A stretch of DNA of 64,000 bases from an uncultured Candidatus Saccharibacteria bacterium (GTDB lineage Bacteria; Patescibacteriota; Minisyncoccia; Phycocordibacterales; UBA5272), in NCBI GenBank assembly GCA_964348515.1, contig CAYGDA010000001.1, positions 11,357 through 75,356 on the forward strand, read 5' to 3'. Positions within the stretch are counted from its first letter, which is position 1. Every line of letters begins with the position of its first letter. Below, piece by piece: positions 48,692 to 55,572 of this stretch. A model generated the notes under the pieces. That model worked only from the letters and a program-made list of their open reading frames with translations, was not told the DNA's origin and made no database searches. Made by a program: the position numbers and the translations under genes.

Positions 48692-49486
48692 TTACCCGAA
48701 GAGAGTCTGGATTTTTGGAGGTTCGCCTTTGCCTGTTTTTTTCTCAACCGCCGACACGGCCTCCCTGTAATTGCAATAATCACAATCTTCACTTTGCTCC
48801 GGAATCTTATCCGAGTCTAAAGTTTCCTTAATTTTGAAAAGTACCGGCTCTACCCAATCGGAATTGCCTGTGTAAGGAATTATTTTTATATCAAACTCTA
48901 GCTTGGCATCAAACGCTTCCCTGTCGGAATCCGCGTTGGCATAAACAAAATACCCCGTGTCGGAAACATCAAAGCCATTACGGCGGAAAAGCCACTGATA
49001 AACTTCCATCTGCCTCTTGTAACCGTCCTGCCACTCGGCGTCCAGATTTACTTCCGTCTTTTTGCTCGTCGCTTTGTAGTCGGCAATGATAATTTTGCCG
49101 TCAGCCCCCTTCCACACATCATCAACCCCACCGCGCACCAGAAACCCGGTCGGTTCGTGCAGAAATTGTATTCCATGCCGAAGCGAGTCGCGCCAAGCAT
49201 CCAGTTCTTCATGCGAAAACGGCACAGCGTCAATCCCATATTCTTTCATCAGCGGATGCGCCTCGCCTTTTGCCCTGTGCACATCAAACTCGCGCTTCAA
49301 AAGCTCATCAACGGCGCTGTTTAAGTTAAAGGGAAATCCCGGCGGGCGCGCCACCCCAAGCTTATTGTCCGTATAAAAACACCGCGGACACTCCATAAAA
49401 AGATCTATCTTTGAACGGCTCAGGCGGAAATTTTTTCCTCCGTAATTCCAGTCGGGCTTCCTGTTTGGCTTGTAATACTGCGACAT
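48692..49486 (-). CDS. PD-(D/E)XK nuclease family protein, Cas4-like with 4-Cys cluster (paralogue of 36716..37915)
   Basis: 'CPRCFY' N-terminal CxxC, 'GGVDDVWK...IIIADYKATSKK' (motifs II/III), 'YKRQMEVYQW' (QxxxY), 'CDYCNYR' C-terminal CxxC. Start uncertain (MSQYY at about 49486, or upstream ATGs up to 49546). Confidence 0.7.
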   Translation of the reverse strand: MSQYYKPNRKPDWNYGGKNFRLSRSKIDLFMECPRCFYTDNKLGVARPPGFPFNLNSAVDELLKREFDVHRAKGEAHPLMKEYGIDAVPFSHEELDAWRDSLRHGIQFLHEPTGFLVRGGVDDVWKGADGKIIIADYKATSKKTEVNLDAEWQDGYKRQMEVYQWLFRRNGFDVSDTGYFVYANADSDREAFDAKLEFDIKIIPYTGNSDWVEPVLFKIKETLDSDKIPEQSEDCDYCNYREAVSAVEKKTGKGEPPKIQTLFG

Positions 49487-49534
49487 AATTCTCTGCATCC
49501 TACCACGAAACGGCCGTGTTATAATAACCCGCAT

Positions 49535-49990
49535 ATGACAATACAAGAGAAAATAAAAGAAGATTTAAAGGAAGCGATGAAAGCCAAGGATGAAATCAGA
49601 ATGCTTACCCTGCGGGGACTTATTTCCGGATTCACGAACGAACTTGTGGCTACAAAACGCATGCCAAACGAGTCTATTCCCGACGAGGACGCCTTAAATG
49701 TAATACGCCGTGCCACAAAACAGCGCAAAGACGCCATAGAACAGTTCACCGCCGGCGGGCGTCCCGAACTTGCCGACAATGAACGTAAAGAGTTAGCGAT
49801 TCTTGAAGTATATCTGCCGAAAATGATGAGCGAGGACGAGGTCATGGCTTTTGCCGAAAAGAAAGTGGCCGAACTCGGCGGGGATAAATCTAAAGCGGGA
49901 CTTATAGTAGGCGCTTTAATGAAAGACTTAAAAGGCAAAGCTGACGGAGCGGTTGTAAAGGCTGTGGTTGATAAGCTGTTGACAAACTGA
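49535..49990 (+). CDS. yqeY: GatB/YqeY domain-containing protein
   Basis: 'IKEDLKEAMKAKDEIRMLTLRGLISGF...' and '...AGLIVGALMKDLKGKADGAVVKAVV' are the YqeY family signature. Confidence 0.85.
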   Translation: MTIQEKIKEDLKEAMKAKDEIRMLTLRGLISGFTNELVATKRMPNESIPDEDALNVIRRATKQRKDAIEQFTAGGRPELADNERKELAILEVYLPKMMSEDEVMAFAEKKVAELGGDKSKAGLIVGALMKDLKGKADGAVVKAVVDKLLTN

Positions 49991-50028
49991 CAAACGTTGT
50001 AGAATTATAAACAGAACAGTACCAAGAC

Positions 50029-50610
50029 ATGAATCAGCCCCCAAACCCAATCGAGGAGCCAAATATGGACGAGAGACCGGTTCCTCCCTTGGAAGCTTAC
50101 CAGGAGGAATCAGAAAGGTTAGAAAGCCAAAACCCGGCGAAGAGACCCCCGGAAAGTTTCGGCGTACCCACTCTGCCAATGCCTGATACAACGGGTATGC
50201 CGGAATCTATGAAGGAGATAATCCGCAAGCGCCACGCCCCGCCGGTTGATGTCGGGAGTCTTCCAATGCCCGAACCACTTCCCGATGAAGCTTGGGCAGA
50301 CTCTGCGGGAAATCTTTTTCCCCCGGAGAACGACGACCCCCACCAGGGCGAACCCGAAGGATTAGAAGGTACGCCTGCGGGAATGGAGCACACCGTGGCT
50401 ATAGCGGAAGAAGCCGCCCATCCTACCGAGAGTGTCCGCCAAGCGCTTCCCAATCGTGAAGGCCGGAAAGCCGAGAGAGCCCACGAAGCGGCCAAAGCCG
50501 AAGACCCGACAAAAGGCACCCGGCTGTGGTGGAAAGAGCAGGAGGAACACGAGGACGAAACCGCCGAATTGAGAAAGAGAGCGGAAGGAAGCGGAAAGTC
50601 CGGATCATAA
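50029..50610 (+). CDS. hypothetical acidic, Pro/Glu-rich intrinsically disordered protein
   Basis: 193-aa ORF with low-complexity P/E/A composition in a moderately GC-enriched segment. No TM and no motif. Confidence 0.4.
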   Translation: MNQPPNPIEEPNMDERPVPPLEAYQEESERLESQNPAKRPPESFGVPTLPMPDTTGMPESMKEIIRKRHAPPVDVGSLPMPEPLPDEAWADSAGNLFPPENDDPHQGEPEGLEGTPAGMEHTVAIAEEAAHPTESVRQALPNREGRKAERAHEAAKAEDPTKGTRLWWKEQEEHEDETAELRKRAEGSGKSGS

Positions 50611-50890
50611 CGCGAGGGATTCCCCCGAGCGTTTTTTAATTACAGGAAGGACAACTTATTAAAAAAGCCGCTTTCAAAAGTGGCTTCGCCGTCAGTTATT
50701 TCAGGTTCTGTTTCTTTGCGTCAGGATTGCTTGAGCTTGTTACCTTTTTTCCACCGGTGAAAATCGGTTCAATAAGGGACCACGCCCAATCATCAAACCT
50801 GTCCAGAAGCTTTTTCAGTATTTGCATGAATAACCCTCAAGGCCGGAAAATCAGTCAAAAAGAATTTTCTGCCGTCAGTCTATCCTATTT

Positions 50891-51151
50891 TTAAGATTGA
50901 ACAAATCTAGCCCCCTCATTTTTCAATAATTCCATTTTCTGTTTCATCCCTCTGTTGTAATCCCCTATTTTTCCGTCAGAACGCACAACCCTGTGGCACG
51001 GAATTTTCGGGTCGTAGTTTTTATTTAAAATATTCCCGACCGCCCTGTAAGCATTAGGCTTCCCGGCTTTCTTAGCAACTTCCTTATAAGTTAAAGTCTT
51101 ACCCCTGGGGATTTTACGGACGACCGCGTAAACTTTTTGGGAGAAGGTCAT
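50891..51151 (-). CDS. stand-alone methylated-DNA-protein-cysteine methyltransferase (Ogt/MGMT C-terminal domain) protein
   Basis: 86 aa. HTH 'TYKEVAKKAGKPNAYRAVGNIL' and active-site 'PCHRVV' motif of O6-alkylguanine alkyltransferases. Confidence 0.75.
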   Translation of the reverse strand: MTFSQKVYAVVRKIPRGKTLTYKEVAKKAGKPNAYRAVGNILNKNYDPKIPCHRVVRSDGKIGDYNRGMKQKMELLKNEGARFVQS

Positions 51152-51330
51152 TTATTACGGAAATCAGCCCAGAGGGAAATTATGCCTAGAGCCAGGAAAA
51201 GAGCGGATTCAATCCAGTTCCCTTTTTGGAATGCTTCTATAAGGGCTATTCCGAAAAAGATTACGAATACTGTGAGGTTTGGAAAAGATATTTTTTGCAT
51301 GTATGTCTTTACATATACTCTAACATTCAG

Positions 51331-51359
51331 TTCAATTTTTGAAAAAATGGTGTTAGAAT
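51331..51359 (+). promoter_or_regulatory. putative tRNA promoter (TTCAAT-17-TGtTAGAAT, extended -10)
   Basis: TTCAAT 51331-51336, TG at 51351-51352, TAGAAT 51354-51359. Predicted TSS about 6 nt before the mature tRNA 5' end. Confidence 0.35.
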
Positions 51360-51371
51360 CGGCCTGTTTAA

Positions 51372-51443
51372 GGCCCTATCGTCTAACGGTTAGGACGAGA
51401 GCTTCTCAAGCTCTAAATCCGGGTTCGATTCCCGGTAGGGTCA
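51372..51443 (+). tRNA. tRNA-Glu (anticodon CUC)
   Basis: 72-nt cloverleaf folded by hand. Acceptor GGCCCTA/TAGGGTC, D-arm GTCT/GGAC, anticodon stem AGAGC/GCTCT with loop TTCTCAA, T-arm CCGGG-TTCGATT-CCCGG, discriminator A. CCA not encoded. Confidence 0.85.
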
Positions 51444-51489
51444 CAAGTTGCTAATCTGGCACGTTTCCACGACTAGACAACAAAAATTA

Positions 51490-52020
51490 ATGAAGCATCG
51501 AGAACTAACAGATCATATAAAAGGTTCCTTTTTGAAAAGACAATACCTAGAAGCTTTCCTTGTTCAAAGTGCATATATAGAAAGTCTTCTGAAACTATCA
51601 GCAGATTACAGCTTCTTTTTGGCTACATCGAAAGTTAGGAAACCTTCTCCTCCCAAAATTCTTGAAGTAGTAAGTAGAAACTTAGAACGAATGGCTCTTA
51701 ATGATTTAATCAATTTTCTGTACAAAGCTGAGGTAATTACAAAAAAACAGAAAGATCTATTAGACGAATACAGAATAAGGAGAAATAAAATGCTTCATGA
51801 TCTTATTACTGAAATTCAGAAAGATAAATTTGAGGTTGAGTTGAGGGAAATTTGTGAAAAAGGTACGTTGATAATTGAGGATCAAGCATTTATTGAAATG
51901 GCGGATTTGATTGATTTTTTGGAGAAGCCACAATCTACTGAAAACGTAGACCAGACTTCTCAAGCTAAACTACCCGCTGTCCCCAATATTGAAAATAATA
52001 GAAATAAAGAAACTACCTAA
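51490..52020 (+). CDS. hypothetical alpha-helical protein with canonical HEPN motif (R-N-x3-H)
   Basis: 176 aa from the ATG at 51490 (the ORF track starts at a TTG at 51448). 'YRIRRNKMLHDL' contains R-N-K-M-L-H, the R[NHQD]xxxH HEPN RNase signature. AT-rich (about 32% GC) and directly 3' of the tRNA. Confidence 0.5.
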   Translation: MKHRELTDHIKGSFLKRQYLEAFLVQSAYIESLLKLSADYSFFLATSKVRKPSPPKILEVVSRNLERMALNDLINFLYKAEVITKKQKDLLDEYRIRRNKMLHDLITEIQKDKFEVELREICEKGTLIIEDQAFIEMADLIDFLEKPQSTENVDQTSQAKLPAVPNIENNRNKETT

Positions 52021-52059
52021 GAATCTCTTAAGGTCTGAATGTAATCTTCGCTCAATTTT

Positions 52060-52278
52060 CTACTCATCCTTCATATCCCACCTCCGCTTATTGATTTCCT
52101 CCATTTGTTTGTAGGAATGGACGTATTTCTTCCGGTGCTTACTCTCCCTAATCTCTTCCAACTGCTCCTTTGTTAGTAAGGGTGTTTTCAGTTTGCCAAT
52201 CTGTTTAAGAAGACTCTTGGCGAAAGTTCGAGGTCTGTCCCGATACGGTTCACAAATGGAAATCTCATAATTAACAAA
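52060..52278 (-). pseudogene. degenerate C-terminal fragment of a tyrosine recombinase/integrase (no start codon)
   Basis: Stop-to-stop frame translates to '...RDRPRTFAKSLLKQIGKLKTPLLTKEQLEEIRESKHRKKYVHSYKQ...'. This resembles integrase box II (R-H-T-F-A-x-x-L-L ... G-H ... R-Y-x-H) with the Tyr about 35 aa after the Arg. No ATG near the 5' end. Confidence 0.3.
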
Positions 52279-52330
52279 TTACAAAAACTTGACTTACAAA
52301 TGTTTTATTATAGTCTGAGGGAAAAGAAGC

Positions 52331-52933
52331 ATGACTAGTGTCTCCACAACCACACAATTATTATTGCTCCAACAGAAAATTGATTCTTTTGATTGGATAA
52401 TCACTGAAACCACCTTAACCCTGACTTTTTTAATTGCGTTATTTGTGGCCATTCAATTTGTTTACTCACGCAAACTTCAAGTAAAGGACATCGAAAAACT
52501 TAAATTAAATCTTACTAATTTCATTACTAACAAGGTAGATGATAAAGCGCTCGATTTACAGTCGCTAATTAGACAAACTACAGAGGAGTTGAGATCAAAC
52601 ATAAAGGAAGACCAAATCACCCTAACGGCCGAAATTTCAAGAAGTTATGCCCTTCATAACGAACAACTAGGGGCCTTCGAAAATGCCTTTGAATGGTGGT
52701 TAAAGGCCGCAAGATTTTACAAAGAATCAAAAGAAGAAGACCTATTCCGGATATCGTTTGATTCCGCGCTTGATTCTATTACTAAGCTCGATATTACCAA
52801 TAAAGGCGCCTTAAAACTTTTACTCAAACACATGCCTGTTATAGAAGGGTACTTAAATTTTTTGAGACCTTTCAATAAGATTGAAATAGAGATTTTAGAA
52901 AAAAAACTAAAAGAAAAATTAGAGACTCTCTAA
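52331..52933 (+). CDS. hypothetical membrane-anchored helical protein (island gene)
   Basis: 200 aa. One TM helix 'WIITETTLTLTFLIALFVAIQFVY', then helical/coiled-coil. AT-rich. Confidence 0.5.
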   Translation: MTSVSTTTQLLLLQQKIDSFDWIITETTLTLTFLIALFVAIQFVYSRKLQVKDIEKLKLNLTNFITNKVDDKALDLQSLIRQTTEELRSNIKEDQITLTAEISRSYALHNEQLGAFENAFEWWLKAARFYKESKEEDLFRISFDSALDSITKLDITNKGALKLLLKHMPVIEGYLNFLRPFNKIEIEILEKKLKEKLETL

Positions 52934-53517
52934 CTTACTTGGTTAAAAAAACGCCCCCGGAATGTAAGCGCCGCAATGACGGAGGAACCTATAATTGTGT
53001 AAACAGGAAAAAGCAGATTGTAAGCGGTAAAATCTGTAGTCGCCACAACTTCCGAAGTGACCCCCACAACGTATAAAACCCAAAGCGTGGAAGGTTCTGA
53101 TGTCGGGTCTTGGTAAGTTTTAACGATTGTCGGAACCGTCACGGATAAATCGGCAATCATACTGAATATAATTGCCGTTAACGGTTCTCTGGTAATGGCC
53201 CAAAGAGTAATAGCCAGTATGCCAAGCACAATGCATATGCCGTCGGCACGAGTCCACACCGCACGCCCCAAACGCAGTGCCGTGAAAGCTATGATGGTCG
53301 TACTAAGTGTTGAAATAAGAGGCACCGCGAGCGACCAGTCTATTCCTTTAGAAGCTTGCGCAACTGTGGCTATGGCAAACAAAAGCGCCCAACCAAACCA
53401 CGACACAGCGCTTGGCCTGGTGGTGCTGGAAATAATGCTTTTTATATAGGGAACGATAAGCGCAAGCAATAATATGCTTGCGCCGGTTCCAAGCCACACG
53501 TGCCAGTCAAAATTCAT
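52930..53517 (-). CDS. hypothetical polytopic membrane protein (about 6 TM)
   Basis: 195-aa ORF of host-like composition. Six hydrophobic segments. No motif. Confidence 0.5.
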   Translation of the reverse strand: MNFDWHVWLGTGASILLLALIVPYIKSIISSTTRPSAVSWFGWALLFAIATVAQASKGIDWSLAVPLISTLSTTIIAFTALRLGRAVWTRADGICIVLGILAITLWAITREPLTAIIFSMIADLSVTVPTIVKTYQDPTSEPSTLWVLYVVGVTSEVVATTDFTAYNLLFPVYTIIGSSVIAALTFRGRFFNQVS

Positions 53518-53556
53518 ATATGTTTTAAGGATATCATTTCAGTACCAATATTATCA

Positions 53557-53585
53557 TTGACTTTCCTACTTTTTTGTAGTATAAT
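53557..53585 (+). promoter_or_regulatory. consensus sigma70 promoter of GC-rich cassette B (CATTGACTTT ... 17 nt ... TATAAT)
   Basis: TTGACT 53557-53562, 17-nt spacer, perfect TATAAT 53580-53585. Then the GGGG-ATTT-CCCC hairpin (53612-53623), the GAGGAGAAT SD (53649-53657) and the GTG at 53661. Confidence 0.6.
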
Positions 53586-53660
53586 ACGTGTCAGAAATTT
53601 AGAGAAGATTCGGGGATTTCCCCTTAACTAAACCCGCAGTACATTAACGAGGAGAATCAC

Positions 53661-54461
53661 GTGATTGGATCCCCCATCAGCCTGGCGGAAATGCGCGAAA
53701 TTGGCTATCTGGCAGGCGGAATCATGAAGACCTACTTCACCCACTTCGGGATGGAAAGGGTCGTCAAAACCGACACCACCCCGCTTACCAAAGCGGACAC
53801 CGAAATCAACGACATGGTCATCGAGCACGTTCGGCGCATAGCGCCGGAAATCGACATCATCGGCGAAGAGCGCAGCGCCCGCCTGAACAGCCCCTGGCAA
53901 ATCGTCTGCGACCCCGTGGACGGCACTTTCCCCTACTCTTGGGGAATGCCTGTGGCAACGTTCATGCTGGGAGTGCTCTACAAGCACCAGCCTATGGCGG
54001 GCGTCATCTACGACCCGTTCACCGACAGGATGTATTCGGCGGAGGTCGGCAAAGGCGCCTGGATGAACGACAAGAAGCTCAGGGTTTCCAAGGTCAGCAA
54101 AAAGGAAGACCGTCCCATCGTCGGCTACGTCTCCTGGCCGGGCTGCCCGTTTAACGTCATCGGGGCATGCGCGTTTCTGGAGTCGCGGGGAGTTACGCTC
54201 GTGAACATCTGTTCCATCGGCTACCTCGAAGTGGCGGTGGCAAACGGAGAATTCGCGGGTACGATTTTCCCCGGCACGGCATACCACGACACGGCTCCGG
54301 GACACGTCATCGTGGAGGAAGCCGGCGGACTGGTCACTGACATTCTGGGAAACCCCCTCAAGTACGAGGACGGAAAAATCCAGGGCCACATCATGTCCAA
54401 CGGCAGGATTCACGAGCTCCTGGTGAGCGGTATGAGGATTGCGCAGTCGCACACACGCTAG
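53661..54461 (+). CDS. inositol monophosphatase family protein (IMPase/SuhB/CysQ-like)
   Basis: 'DPVDGT' metal-binding motif, 'IDIIGEE' and 'HDTAPGHVIVEEAGG' (WDxAAG-like) motifs. GTG start. About 60% GC. Confidence 0.82.
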   Translation: MIGSPISLAEMREIGYLAGGIMKTYFTHFGMERVVKTDTTPLTKADTEINDMVIEHVRRIAPEIDIIGEERSARLNSPWQIVCDPVDGTFPYSWGMPVATFMLGVLYKHQPMAGVIYDPFTDRMYSAEVGKGAWMNDKKLRVSKVSKKEDRPIVGYVSWPGCPFNVIGACAFLESRGVTLVNICSIGYLEVAVANGEFAGTIFPGTAYHDTAPGHVIVEEAGGLVTDILGNPLKYEDGKIQGHIMSNGRIHELLVSGMRIAQSHTR

Positions 54462-54472
54462 AGGCTTGCGCG

Positions 54473-54513
54473 GGCGCGGACGGTTTCAACAAACCGGACG
54501 CGCCTTTTATTTT
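54473..54513 (+). terminator. strong intrinsic terminator (two-tier hairpin GGCGCG-GA-CGGTTT-CAAC-AAACCG-GA-CGCGCC + TTTTATTTT)
   Basis: Perfect 12-bp interrupted stem followed by a T-rich tail, 12 nt after the IMPase stop. Lies inside the 5' extension of ORF 54439, so that extension is not coding. Confidence 0.7.
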
Positions 54514-54528
54514 GCCTTTAAATTGGCT

Positions 54529-55563
54529 ATGCTTTCCCTAACAAATAAACACGAAATGGCTTACTCGCAAAAACCTCTTATAGATTTGATGAAAAAAGGG
54601 CAAGTCCCGGGAGAAAGCGGAATCCCCCGCCACATTGAAACCGTGATTTCAAATGTTTTTCTTTTTGACAAAAACGCCTACAAAATCTACAAAAACGATA
54701 ATGATTTTTTCAACAAAGAGTTCCGCGACATTTCAGGCAAAGAGGAGCGCTTCACCTTCACCCGCGGAGACTTCGCATGGAACAACAAACTCAGTCCGTC
54801 CATCTATTTAAAGCTTATGGGGATACGCGTAGCCGCCGGAGAAATAGAATTCCTTGAACCTGTGGACGAAGCCGATGACCTGGTCATTTTTATGAACCGT
54901 GTTGATTCAAAAGATTTCCTGGTTGAAAAACTTATGCGCGGCGAAATCACAGAAAAAGACGCCTTCTCCATAGGCAGACAGCTTGGAGAAACTTTGGGTC
55001 ACTTAAAGGCGCCGAAGGTGGAAGGGCAAAATTATTACGAACTTTTTGAGAGCAGGATTAAAGACATGCGGGAATGGATAAAGATGGTGAACGAATATAT
55101 AAGCGAGGAAGAATCCGGCGCGTACTGTGATTTTCTGGAAAATTTCCGCAACAAAAACAAGGGTCTGCTTGAAGGCACGATGAGCGATGAACTCGCCCAC
55201 AGCGGAGATTTGCACAGCCATAACGCGGTTTTTACGGGCGGAAAGCTTCACCTGGTGGACACCTTCCCTCCCAAAGAAGAATGGCTCATACAGCACCGTA
55301 TGATATCAGTGTACAGAATGGGTTCGGACATCTGGGCTTTAAGCGGAGACAAAAACCTGTTTGAGTCTTATATAAAAGGATACGAAGAAGGGAGCGGGAT
55401 AAAAGTGGACAGAAATCTTGATGTTCCGTTTGTTATATACGCTTCTTCTATAATGGTTTCTTATTTGTATATGCTCCAGAGAACCGACCCTAAAAACAAA
55501 GAATCGGCTCTGCGCTTCCACAAATTCATACGCGAATATTTCGCGGAGGTAAAAAATAAATAA
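54529..55563 (+). CDS. putative phosphotransferase of the protein-kinase-like (APH/choline-kinase) fold
   Basis: 'SGDLHSHNAVF' (HGDxxxxN catalytic loop-like) and 'LHLVDTF' (DFG/DxE-like). Start placed after the terminator (MLSLTNK at 54529 or MAYSQ at 54556). Confidence 0.5.
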   Translation: MLSLTNKHEMAYSQKPLIDLMKKGQVPGESGIPRHIETVISNVFLFDKNAYKIYKNDNDFFNKEFRDISGKEERFTFTRGDFAWNNKLSPSIYLKLMGIRVAAGEIEFLEPVDEADDLVIFMNRVDSKDFLVEKLMRGEITEKDAFSIGRQLGETLGHLKAPKVEGQNYYELFESRIKDMREWIKMVNEYISEEESGAYCDFLENFRNKNKGLLEGTMSDELAHSGDLHSHNAVFTGGKLHLVDTFPPKEEWLIQHRMISVYRMGSDIWALSGDKNLFESYIKGYEEGSGIKVDRNLDVPFVIYASSIMVSYLYMLQRTDPKNKESALRFHKFIREYFAEVKNK

Positions 55564-55572
55564 ATCCCCGGT

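Noticed and set aside
50611-50640. GC-rich segment plus T6 after the Pro-rich ORF as a terminator
   Set aside because: The halves CGCGAGGG / CCCCCGAGCG are not complementary enough to form a credible stem.
51137-51454. 105-aa plus-strand ORF overlapping the tRNA-Glu gene
   Set aside because: It reads through the tRNA and its promoter. tRNA structure is unambiguous.
53628-54452. 274-aa minus-strand ORF antisense to the IMPase gene
   Set aside because: The plus-strand frame carries the IMPase catalytic motifs. The antisense translation is an R/G/A/V-rich composition artefact.
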